Positions 1 to 8,507 of a stretch of 32,000 bases of DNA are shown here, piece after piece. Position 1 is the stretch's first letter, and each line of letters starts with the position of its first letter. A program made the position numbers and the translations under genes. This DNA is from Dubosiella newyorkensis (GTDB taxonomy: Bacteria; Bacillota_I; Bacilli_A; Erysipelotrichales; Erysipelotrichaceae): NCBI RefSeq assembly GCF_001945605.1, contig NZ_MPKA01000067.1, positions 30,001-62,000 of the forward strand, written 5' to 3'. Under the pieces are notes generated by a model. That model made no database searches and was not told the origin of the DNA. It saw only the letters and a program-made list of their open reading frames with translations.

Positions 1-697
1 CAGTAAAGGCTTGCTTTTCAGCTTCTTTATCTTCTGTTACAATCTTAGCCATTACTATAGAAACTTCGTGAGGAGTATAAAACTCTCCGCCCTTTTTTCC
101 TGCTGACGCAGCAAATTGTTGAATTAAATACTCATAAATTGATCCTAAAACATCTTTTCCAGAATCATCTTTATAAGCAATATCATTCACTAAATTTACA
201 ATTTTATTTAACGACTTTGCACGATCAACCGTTGTCGTTCCTAATCGAGAGTCGCCTAAATTTACATCACTAAATACGCCATAAAAGTCAATCTCGGCTT
301 CCTTATTCATTTTGGTACTCGCATTGAATTCATCAAATATTTTTTGATAATCGCTTGGAATCACCTTAGAATTATTAATTTTATCGATTAAGGATTGCCA
401 TGTATTCTCAGGCATAATTCCATAACCAAGAGCTGAAGTTAATTCTTCCAAAAAATCTTTTCTATTTTCTTCATTATTGGCATCTTTTGCATAAGCTTCA
501 TTAACCGTCATACCAGGTTCAACTATTATCAAGTCTTGATCAACCAAATAATTCATCTGTTTTTCTGAAAGATACCGATAAAACATAAAAGCTAAAATAT
601 AGTTTTTATATTCAGAAGCATCCATTGTTCCACGAAGCTTATTAGCCATCTCCCAAAGAGAAGACTTGATTTCATCTAATTTTCTTTTTTCTGACAT
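1..697 (-). CDS. hsdM: Type I R-M DNA methyltransferase subunit HsdM, N-terminal part (gene continues beyond window start)
   Basis: Own translation of the minus strand from ATG 697-695: MSEKRKLDEIKSSLWEMANKLRGTMDASEYKNYILAFMFYRYLSEKQ...EYLIQQFAASAGKKGGEFYTPHEVS. The frame stays open to position 1, and it is absent from the ORF track because the window edge truncates it. It has an HsdM_N-like N-terminus and a GGEFYTP motif, and sits directly downstream of hsdS. Confidence 0.85.
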   Translation of the reverse strand, partial: MSEKRKLDEIKSSLWEMANKLRGTMDASEYKNYILAFMFYRYLSEKQMNYLVDQDLIIVEPGMTVNEAYAKDANNEENRKDFLEELTSALGYGIMPENTWQSLIDKINNSKVIPSDYQKIFDEFNASTKMNKEAEIDFYGVFSDVNLGDSRLGTTTVDRAKSLNKIVNLVNDIAYKDDSGKDVLGSIYEYLIQQFAASAGKKGGEFYTPHEVSIVMAKIVTEDKEAEKQAFT

Positions 698-704
698 ATT
701 CTTT

Positions 705-728
705 ATCCTATTAAATAGGATTCTCCTT
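705..728 (-). promoter_or_regulatory. Strong SD (AAGGAG, 728-723) separated from the hsdM ATG by a small hairpin (ATCCTAT-TTA-ATAGGAT, 721-705)
   Basis: Minus strand reads AAAGGAGA-ATCCTATTTAATAGGAT-AAAGAAT-ATG. The SD-to-ATG distance is 25 nt unfolded and about 8 nt if the 17-nt hairpin forms. No alternative start codon lies closer to the SD. Confidence 0.35.
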
Positions 729-760
729 TCTTTTATATCAAATTGTAATCTGCTTAATCA

Positions 761-2044
761 TTAAACAAACATTTGTTGTAAGAGTCCTTTTTTCAATTCT
801 TTCAAGTGATCTAGCTTTCGCTGATGAAGGGTAATAAGATGGTCAATCTGGTTAAAAAATAAAGCGATTCTTTCTTGTTCTTGTTTTGAAGGATAAATCA
901 TCAAATATTTCAACATTTCTTCAATCTTTAATACTCGATTTCTTCCAGCTCCTCCTGGTGAAGATAACCATAAATGATGACGAAACCGCTCATCAATAAT
1001 CACATATCGGAAAAAATCTGGAACCATATCATCGTGAAACGAGAACTGAGGGAATCGATGAGAAACAAGCTTTCCAGCATCGTTTATATCTGTAATAGCT
1101 ACAGCATGTTCCCATCCAAAAGTAATATTTACGATAAATTTTCCCTCTGCTACCCGATACATCTGGGCTGTCTCTAACTCATTCCCTTTTTTTACGTAGC
1201 TGTGAAAAGTACCTTTTGCATGACTTCTAATGCCTAAACGATTATATCCTTCATGGGGCGTATTTACAGCATCGACATATTTATCCACTATTTCTCCAAA
1301 CCTACGCTGTTCCCAATCGTTTTTGAATCCTGGGAAGCGTAACTCGGGAACTTTTTCTCCATTTTTTGGAAACATTTTTTGCAATAAGCCTTTTTTTAAC
1401 TTTTTTAGATCATCAAGCTTACGCTGATGAAGGGTGATAAGGTGATCGAGATAATTAAAAAAATTTCCAATCTTTCCTTGTTCCACTAGAGATTTTGGAT
1501 AAGATATATAAGTTGACTTTAAAGAAGTTTTAGAAATTGAACTAACTTTAATCCCTTGTGTTAACGGGAGCAATTGATCATGATAATAAGCTGAATTTAA
1601 ATAATAGCCAAGATAACGTGGCGCAAATTTACTTTGTGGTCGATAAGGAATAGTATGTAACCCAGAAATCACAATTTCTTCCGTTAATCCTTCAATTTCT
1701 GTACATTTCCCCACAGTTTCATCTTCAGCTGTATCTGCCATAACGATATCGCCATTTTTTAAAAATGATTCTTTATATTTTGAAATGATAGATTCATCTT
1801 TTATTGTTGGTAATTCCTCTTTTTTTACATTTAGTACTTCACTAAAAATAACTAATAAATCTCCATAGTGAACATTTTTAACTTTTCCTTCTCCAGACGA
1901 TAGTTCAGCTCTTGAAAGAGTATTATTTTGTAAGTTTATAAATGCTTCGCCTAACCTTCGCTGTTCCCAAGGTTCCGTAAATCCAGGGAATCTCAACTTA
2001 GGTACATTGGCTTTTTTATCTTTTTTTTGTTCTTTTTCACTCAT
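761..2044 (-). CDS. hsdS: Type I R-M specificity subunit HsdS (two target-recognition domains)
   Basis: 427 aa. The conserved regions are internally duplicated: VPKLRFPGFTEPWEQRRLGE / VPELRFPGFKNDWEQRRFGE, and DHLITLHQRKLDDLKKLKKGLLQKMF / DHLITLHQRKLDHLKELKKGLLQQMF. They flank two dissimilar TRDs. SD AAGGAGAG overlaps the hsdR stop codon. Confidence 0.9.
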   Translation of the reverse strand: MSEKEQKKDKKANVPKLRFPGFTEPWEQRRLGEAFINLQNNTLSRAELSSGEGKVKNVHYGDLLVIFSEVLNVKKEELPTIKDESIISKYKESFLKNGDIVMADTAEDETVGKCTEIEGLTEEIVISGLHTIPYRPQSKFAPRYLGYYLNSAYYHDQLLPLTQGIKVSSISKTSLKSTYISYPKSLVEQGKIGNFFNYLDHLITLHQRKLDDLKKLKKGLLQKMFPKNGEKVPELRFPGFKNDWEQRRFGEIVDKYVDAVNTPHEGYNRLGIRSHAKGTFHSYVKKGNELETAQMYRVAEGKFIVNITFGWEHAVAITDINDAGKLVSHRFPQFSFHDDMVPDFFRYVIIDERFRHHLWLSSPGGAGRNRVLKIEEMLKYLMIYPSKQEQERIALFFNQIDHLITLHQRKLDHLKELKKGLLQQMFV

Positions 2045-2053
2045 AATCTCTCC

Positions 2054-5000
2054 TTATTCTGGGTGTTTCATTTGATCTGCTAATTCATAAATTGCGGTTC
2101 TTAATGAATTTCTATATTTGATTTTAGACATTTTTTGAATTTCAGGATCTAATGATAGTTCTTTATATGTACTTGCTCCCTCTTTTAAAATATTTGTTAG
2201 CTGATTTGCATCGTCTAAGTCTTTTTCATTATATTTGTGATTGTTAATCATATTTAAAAGTTCTTGGGAAGATACGACATCTGTAATTCCCCATTTATTT
2301 CTAAATCGGAGTAGTTTTCGTTGTAGGTTATCATTCTTCGCTTCTTTTATAACATCATAACTACTAGTAAGTTTAAATGGATATTTTAAACTGGATCCTG
2401 AAGGTGGAAAATCTTTATTCTTGATTGCTCGTGTTGTTTCAAAGATTTCTTTAGCATAAGTTCGATCTTCAAGTCCATTTGCGAATTTATAAATTTCTTT
2501 TTCCGTTTCTGCTACTAATTCTTTTTTATCCTCATGAACTTGATTCAATAAGTCTTCTAATAGTTTAGTTAAATAATCGTAATTCACTAACACGTCTTTT
2601 AGATATTCAACTTTTAAATCAATCAATATTGGAGAAATTTTCTTCTTTTTTGCGATTTTTTCTTTCAATTCATTTACAACCACAGTATTCAACCGTTGAT
2701 TTTCTTCTGGTGTCATGCCAATCTTCACAATTAAAGCATCTGGATTATCATAGTCAAACCCAGACTCAGGATCTTTATTTCCATCGGAAGAATCGTCTCG
2801 CGGTGGAAACTGCTTAAGTTTTGCAAGTCCTTGATAGTATTTTCTTAACTTAGACAACAGTTGTTCGTCTTCTTTTTCTGAAGGAGGTATTTCATTAAAA
2901 TTATCCGTCATTTTTCGAATATCCTTAATTTCATCCTGCACTTTTTTAAGCACTTTTTCAAAATCTCCTGCTAAAACTCCGTCATCTTCTAATAATTTTC
3001 CTTGTTCTCCAGTGCTTTTATTCGCATTTTCTTTATTTGTATATACAGCTAACGCCTCTTTCATTAATTTTTCGTTTTCTCTTGGCCATCTATAATTCAC
3101 CACGTGTCCGTATGGTTTATCAACTGGATCTTCGATTCGATTCGTTCTTGAATAAGCCTGTACCAAATCCGCATCACGAAGAGTTCTATCTACATAAAGA
3201 GAGTTTAGTTGAGGAGCATCAAATCCAGTCAGCAATTGGTCTACCACTATAACTAAGTCTAAAAATTTTCCATCCGAATTTGTTTTTTTCAAACGAGATT
3301 CTAAATCTTCACGATATTCTGCCGCTGTAGAAGAATCAAAAGATGTGTCAAATTGTTTATTGTACTCATCAATGGCTTCATCTAACCCTTTATTGGTTTC
3401 AAGCATAGAATCACCGTTTGAAGCATCTTGAGAAAAAGTAACCGCGACCTTTAACGGATAGGCATATGGTTCTTCTTTTTGAGCCCGTAAAAACTCACGG
3501 AAATACATCATTGCCATAGGAGTGCTAGCTCCGCCACCACCTACTCTTGTTGTAAGTAAAGCATTGTATTTTCCGTCAACAGATCGATTTCTCCAATTGG
3601 ACATAATATCTCGAACTACTTCTTTTACGTGAGCATAGTTATTATCATAGAAACTCTTCGAGACTTTATCATCCATATCATATTCAGTCATATTATTGAT
3701 TTTTTCATTGATCTGTTCTTCGGTCCAATCTGGATGCTCGTTTCTGAAAAAGGCAGGTAGATACTGTTCCTTCATGGCTTTCTCTGAAATAGTGGTTAAA
3801 AAATCTACTTTGAATCCTAGAACATTTTTATCTGCAATTGCGTCTCGAATTGTATAGGCATGTAATAAAGAACCAAAAATATGTTTTGTTGAATACCTTG
3901 AATTTGTATGATCAAACATCGGTGTCCCAGTGTATCCAATAAATGCACTCTTTTTAAAGGCTTTTTGGACTTTTTCGAAAGCCCCTCCTCCAGTTGAGCG
4001 ATGAGCCTCATCAACAATAAATAAGAAATTACGATCCGGAGCTTTAAAATTTTTCCGAGAAACTAGACGTTCGAGCTTTTGAACAGAAGTTATGATAATG
4101 TCATTATTTTTTTCTTTTAACTTATGGCTAAGTTCACTTGTATTTTTCGTATTCTGGATACTCGTCACTTCTTCTTTTGATTCTGGATCATAAGCTCGAT
4201 AATTCTCCAAAGTTTGACTTGTTAGCGCCTTTCGGTCAACTAAAAAGATAACCTTATCTACATTTGGCAATTTACTTGCTAACCATGCTGTTTTAAAAGA
4301 AGTAATTGTTTTACCAGAACCCGTAGTGTGCCAAACATAACCAAGTTTTCCTGACCCATAATCAAAATCATACCCTTTAACTGCATTTATAACTTTTTCA
4401 GTAGCTACCACTTGATAAGGCCGCATAACTTTTAACGTCTCTTTATTTTGAGTTCCATCCAAAATCATATAATTAGTCGCCATATTATGCGCCATTGGAA
4501 TCGATAAAAAACTATCTGTAAACTCTCTCCAATCTCTGATAATTTTATTATCTGACCTTCTCTGCCAGTGGAAAGCAAAAGCCGTATTGAACCGCTCAGC
4601 TGTCGTATTCGCCATATATCGCGCATTGTTTGGAGACATAGCAATCAATATTTGCAAAGTTGAAAAAATATCTCTAAACTGATTTTCATCTGCATATTGC
4701 TGCATTTGATTCAAACCTTCTTTAATATCGTGAGAAGCCTTCTTCAATTCTATCTGAATAATTGGCAATCCATTAATCAATAACGTTACATCAAATCTAC
4801 GATTCTTTTTTCCAGGAATTACAGCTGGTCTTTCAATTTGATTAACTACTTGATAGACCGTATTTCCCGCACCAATTTGAGATTGATCAAAAACAGTTAA
4901 AAATACGTGCCTTCCATCATCCAAATCTACTTCAACCTGAGACACACCATTCAAACCGTATAAAAATTGTCCTGCTTTAAACGGAGTTGTAAGTTCATTG

Positions 5001-5248
5001 ATCACTCGTTTTACTTGCGCAAATTCATTCTCTGATAACGGCCTTTCGAGTGTATCCTGATTAAGTCTTTCAAGAATCTTTTTAAAATTATCCCAAAGCT
5101 GATTGGTTGTTTTAATCTTAGGTTCATAAACCCAATTTCGTGTTTTCAAAATATGAAACTCATCTTTTAAATCTTCTTTAGTCGATAATGGACTATTACA
5201 TAATTTTTCAATTAAATTTTTTTCAAATTGATTTTCAGTCTCAATCAT
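2054..5248 (-). CDS. hsdR: Type I restriction enzyme R subunit HsdR (EcoR124-like, long C-terminal helical region)
   Basis: 1064 aa. N-terminal PD-(D/E)xK motif: RFDVTLLINGLPIIQIELKK. SF2 helicase motifs: MRPYQVVATE, HTTGSGKT, FIVDEAHRS, GYTGTPMF. By eye the layout resembles EcoR124I HsdR as I recall it. Confidence 0.93.
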   Translation of the reverse strand: MIETENQFEKNLIEKLCNSPLSTKEDLKDEFHILKTRNWVYEPKIKTTNQLWDNFKKILERLNQDTLERPLSENEFAQVKRVINELTTPFKAGQFLYGLNGVSQVEVDLDDGRHVFLTVFDQSQIGAGNTVYQVVNQIERPAVIPGKKNRRFDVTLLINGLPIIQIELKKASHDIKEGLNQMQQYADENQFRDIFSTLQILIAMSPNNARYMANTTAERFNTAFAFHWQRRSDNKIIRDWREFTDSFLSIPMAHNMATNYMILDGTQNKETLKVMRPYQVVATEKVINAVKGYDFDYGSGKLGYVWHTTGSGKTITSFKTAWLASKLPNVDKVIFLVDRKALTSQTLENYRAYDPESKEEVTSIQNTKNTSELSHKLKEKNNDIIITSVQKLERLVSRKNFKAPDRNFLFIVDEAHRSTGGGAFEKVQKAFKKSAFIGYTGTPMFDHTNSRYSTKHIFGSLLHAYTIRDAIADKNVLGFKVDFLTTISEKAMKEQYLPAFFRNEHPDWTEEQINEKINNMTEYDMDDKVSKSFYDNNYAHVKEVVRDIMSNWRNRSVDGKYNALLTTRVGGGGASTPMAMMYFREFLRAQKEEPYAYPLKVAVTFSQDASNGDSMLETNKGLDEAIDEYNKQFDTSFDSSTAAEYREDLESRLKKTNSDGKFLDLVIVVDQLLTGFDAPQLNSLYVDRTLRDADLVQAYSRTNRIEDPVDKPYGHVVNYRWPRENEKLMKEALAVYTNKENANKSTGEQGKLLEDDGVLAGDFEKVLKKVQDEIKDIRKMTDNFNEIPPSEKEDEQLLSKLRKYYQGLAKLKQFPPRDDSSDGNKDPESGFDYDNPDALIVKIGMTPEENQRLNTVVVNELKEKIAKKKKISPILIDLKVEYLKDVLVNYDYLTKLLEDLLNQVHEDKKELVAETEKEIYKFANGLEDRTYAKEIFETTRAIKNKDFPPSGSSLKYPFKLTSSYDVIKEAKNDNLQRKLLRFRNKWGITDVVSSQELLNMINNHKYNEKDLDDANQLTNILKEGASTYKELSLDPEIQKMSKIKYRNSLRTAIYELADQMKHPE

Positions 5249-5807
5249 ATAACTTTTTTAATTGTGCAAGCACAACCTTCTCCTTTCGTTCGGAATTTTT
5301 CTTTTTTAATCGTGTTAATTTTTTCAAATTCAAATAAAGATCACCAATGATTTTTTGTTCTTCTAGACTTGGTAGTTTTGGTAATCTTAAATTTTCTAAC
5401 TCTCGAACCGAAATTAAATGAGAGTTTATTCCGTTTGATTTTCTTCTCATTTCTTTTTCAATCATATGATCTTCATTCAGCAAATAAAGCAGATAAGCCG
5501 AATCCAAATTAGAGTTAGGAACTATTCTATAGAAGTTTTTTGTTAACATAAACCCATTGTGTACAGGTTGGACAATTGCAGCATCGCCAGTAATGGAATT
5601 AACAATTAAATCTCCGGTATGAACAACCATTACAGAATCATTGGTTCGTATTTGACGAGCCTCTTTCAAATTTTCTTCTGTATCATCCAATTCTAGATCC
5701 CGCTGCAACATATCTTGTGTGTAATAATAATACACAGGAGATTCATCCGATTCTGAAACCCTTATCCGAAACTGAGGAATTCCTGATTCAACTATAAAAT
5801 CTTTCAT
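5241..5807 (-). CDS. Single-TRD (half-size) HsdS-like specificity protein, translationally coupled to hsdR
   Basis: 188 aa. TRD-like body: TGDLIVNSITGDAAIV...FYRIVPNSNLDSAYLLYLLNEDHM...ISVRELENLRLP. It ends in the HsdS-type conserved helix LPSLEEQKIIGDLYLNLKKLTRLKK. Its stop overlaps the hsdR start in ATGATTGA (5248-5241). Confidence 0.6.
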   Translation of the reverse strand: MKDFIVESGIPQFRIRVSESDESPVYYYYTQDMLQRDLELDDTEENLKEARQIRTNDSVMVVHTGDLIVNSITGDAAIVQPVHNGFMLTKNFYRIVPNSNLDSAYLLYLLNEDHMIEKEMRRKSNGINSHLISVRELENLRLPKLPSLEEQKIIGDLYLNLKKLTRLKKKNSERKEKVVLAQLKKLYD

Positions 5808-5812
5808 ATCTC

Positions 5813-5904
5813 ATTATGTGCTTTTTTATAAGCACCCTTTCTAATTACATTATACTTCGCTGCTACATAAAGTCAATATTTGTTCTTAATGAAAAGCACA
5901 TAAT
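5813..5904. repeat. Perfect 13-bp inverted repeat ATTATGTGCTTTT (5813-5825) / AAAAGCACATAAT (5892-5904) with a 66-bp spacer containing the R-M promoter
   Basis: Read directly from the sequence. A third copy of the AAGCAC core (5830-5835) forms a local hairpin with GTGCTT (5818-5823). Confidence 0.8.
5849..5876 (-). promoter_or_regulatory. Near-consensus sigma-A promoter for the R-M operon: TTGACT-N16-TATAAT
   Basis: Minus strand: TTGACT (5876-5871), a 16-nt spacer, then TATAAT (5854-5849). This lies about 40 nt upstream of the ATG at 5807. Confidence 0.5.
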
Positions 5905-6123
5905 CAAGCCAAAAAAGAATTCATCCATTGCTGACAATAAATACAAATCTAAACTCTTATACTAGAAGTTCTTCAGAAATAATATTGCTTAACTTTTCCT
6001 TCGATCTCGACAAATCTTTTTAGGTATAGGTAGTCTTCAACGATTAATTTCCTAACCCTGCCCATCTCATAAATTCCGCATTTTTCTATTCCTTTTGAAA
6101 GAACTTTTTTTTACAATTAATTT

Positions 6124-7257
6124 ATGGCAAAAATCAATCGTAAAAAACAAATCCGAAACCTTTCGATCCTTACGGCCGTGTTATTGATCGGAATCGGCGG
6201 AAGTCTAGCTCTTGTTTTACCAAAAACACAATCTAAGCCCAAAGAAGCGCAAGAGACTAAATCAATCACTCCCTCCTACACACCACTTTCAAAAGCAGAA
6301 TACGCAAAAGTTGGCGTTAATGAACTGGGGGATGTTCCGATCATGATGTATCACGGAATTCAGAACCTCACCAACGACCAAACCCCCTATACAGGAGGCA
6401 ACATCGATGTGGATGGATATCAACGCACAGCTGAAGCGTTTCGAAACGACTTACAGTTTTATTATGAAAACGGCTATCGAATGATTCCTCTGATCGATTA
6501 TGTGAATGGCACGATCGATGTCGAAGGAGGTAAAAGTCCGATCATCTTGACATTCGATGACGGGATCGAAAACAATATGCTCGTGAACGGACTTGATGAA
6601 AAAGGAAACTTAATTATCGATCCAAACTGTGCTGTCGGTATTCTTGAAGCCTTCAAAAAAGAGCACCCGGACATGCCAGTCACTGCCACCTTTTTCTTGA
6701 ACGAAGGCTTATTTTCTCAACCCGAATATAATGAAAAGATCCTTCCTTGGATGATCGAGCATGGCTATGATATCGGAAATCACACGCTCCACCATCCCGA
6801 TCTTCTAACGACCACTTTAGAGCAAACCCAAGAAGAAGTGGGCGGACAATACGCGATCTTGGACCAAATCGTTCCCGATCAATATGTGCCGATCGTAGCC
6901 CTGCCTTTTGGATCTCCCTACGACTTAGAGCACCCCAATATGGATGCTGTCTTCCAAGGCACCTACAACGATCGCCCATACACCACAAAAAGCGCTCTTC
7001 AAGTCGCTTGGGAAGCGAACGCCTCTCCTTTCTCAAAAACGTTTGAACCTCGCTTTTTAAAAAGAATCCGAGCCTATGACAATAATGGAGAAAACTTCGA
7101 TATTCAAATGAACTTTGAACGTCTCAAAACTTCCCGCTATGTTTCGGACGGAGATCCCGACACCATCGTCTATCCCGAATCTTTGCAAGACATGTTCAAT
7201 GAACAAACCAAAAAGAAAACGATCCCTTATCCCGATTCTATGCAGAAAGAAGAATAA
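6124..7257 (+). CDS. Membrane-anchored polysaccharide deacetylase (CE4 / NodB homology domain)
   Basis: 377 aa. N-terminal TM segment (LSILTAVLLIGIGGSLALVL). NodB motifs ILTFDDG and GNHTLHHPDL. No SD is visible upstream; TACAAT lies 6 nt before the ATG. Confidence 0.8.
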   Translation: MAKINRKKQIRNLSILTAVLLIGIGGSLALVLPKTQSKPKEAQETKSITPSYTPLSKAEYAKVGVNELGDVPIMMYHGIQNLTNDQTPYTGGNIDVDGYQRTAEAFRNDLQFYYENGYRMIPLIDYVNGTIDVEGGKSPIILTFDDGIENNMLVNGLDEKGNLIIDPNCAVGILEAFKKEHPDMPVTATFFLNEGLFSQPEYNEKILPWMIEHGYDIGNHTLHHPDLLTTTLEQTQEEVGGQYAILDQIVPDQYVPIVALPFGSPYDLEHPNMDAVFQGTYNDRPYTTKSALQVAWEANASPFSKTFEPRFLKRIRAYDNNGENFDIQMNFERLKTSRYVSDGDPDTIVYPESLQDMFNEQTKKKTIPYPDSMQKEE

Positions 7258-7301
7258 TCTGCATATTTCCATGCAGAAAAAAGAATCTACATGAAACAAT
7301 G

Positions 7302-7336
7302 AAAAAACCGTTAGCCAAACGCTATCGGCTTTTTTT
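7302..7336. terminator. Probable bidirectional rho-independent terminator between the deacetylase gene and the treC remnant
   Basis: Sequence is A6-CCGTTAGC-CAAAC-GCTATCGG-C-T7. Seven of eight stem pairs form, and the stem is flanked by an A-run and a T-run. Confidence 0.45.
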
Positions 7337-8491
7337 AACAGCAATCGCTTCATACGGACGCAAAACAAACACTCCATTTTCATAGATCCGATCTGGATAA
7401 TTGGACAACAACAGTTCTAGCTCTTGTAAATCAAGCTCCACATTGGTTTTTGTTCCATAGAAATTGCACAATACATAAATTTCTTCATCCATTCCCTCCC
7501 GCTTATACGCATACACAAAAGGATGATCTTTACAGAACGGAACATATCGACCATTTTGAATCGTTTCATTTTGTTTTCGGATCTGGATCAGCTTTTTATA
7601 AAAAGCATAAATCGAATGCGGATCTTTCATGCTCGCTTGTACATTGATCGTCTTATAGCTTGGATTGATCTCGATCCAAGGTTTCGTATCGGAAAAGCCA
7701 GCAAACTCTTGATCGTTCCACTGCATCGGGCTGCGCGCGTTATCCCGCGACTTCGCGCCTAAGATCTTTAAGATCTCCGTTCCGCTTTTTCCTTCTTCCT
7801 TTAAGATCTTGGTATAGTTCAAGCTCTCCACATCTTGATACAAGTCGATCGAACCAAAATAATTATTTGTCATTCCAATTTCTTCGCCCTGATAAATATA
7901 AGGTGTTCCTCTCATGAAATGGAGCGCCAACGCCAACATTTTCGCAGACTCGTTTGGATACTTTCGATCATCTCCAAAACGCGAAACACTTCTTGGCTAA
8001 TCATGACAATTCCAAAACAAAGCCATCGTGCTATCGGCTTCCTGCATCCCTTCTTGCCAAGTATGGAACAAATGTTTGAGTTCTTCAAAATCAAATGGTT
8101 TAAGCGTCCACTTTTCCTTATTTTCATAATCGACTTTCAAGTGATGAAAGTTAAAGACCATATCCAATTCTTCCGCCTCTTTGTTCGCGTATTTTTTACA
8201 ATTCTCTAACGAAGTGCTCGACATCTCCCCAACCGTCATGATCGTTGGATCTTGTCCAAACGAATTTCTATTCAGCTCGTGCAAATATTCATGAATGTGC
8301 GGACCATCCGAATAGAAGCGTCTTCCATCCCCTATATCATCATTTTCAAACGATCCCTTCGACATGTTGTTGACCACATCGAAACGAAAGCCCTGGATGC
8401 CTTTTTGCATCCAAAACTTAATGATATTGGCACACTCTTCCCGCACTTTAGGATTGTCCCAATTGAGATCCGCTTGCGAAACATCATACAA
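7322..8491 (-). pseudogene. treC: GH13 trehalose-6-phosphate hydrolase / oligo-1,6-glucosidase-like remnant: about 165 N-terminal residues missing and an in-frame amber codon
   Basis: ORFs 7997..8491 and 7322..7939 are in the same frame. They are separated by TAG at 7999-7997, at the position of Gln in the GH13 region IV motif (FWNCHD*PRSVSRFGDD). The upstream part begins around (E)YYLHLYDVSQADLNWDNPKVR, which is mid-protein in homologs. GTPYIYQGEEIGMTN is present downstream. Confidence 0.8.
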
Positions 8492-8507
8492 ATGAAGATA
8501 GTATTCA

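Noticed and set aside
5905-6123. Searched the island-boundary spacer for att-like repeats, a tRNA fragment or an integrase remnant.
   Set aside because: I found nothing convincing by eye. The left end of the island is outside the window, so flanking direct repeats cannot be tested here.
7237-7290. Duplicated ATGCAGAAA(G/A)AAGAAT at the deacetylase 3' end, with TCTGCAT able to pair with either copy (alternative hairpins).
   Set aside because: The stems are short (7 bp) and AT-rich, with no adjoining U-tract on the plus strand. A better terminator lies 25 nt downstream. This is probably a small local duplication without demonstrable function.
6498-7383. Minus-strand ORFs inside or overlapping the deacetylase gene: 6498-6689, 6680-7036 and 7057-7383.
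   Set aside because: They are antisense to a gene with clear NodB motifs. They have no SD and no recognisable motifs, and the last one spans a terminator.
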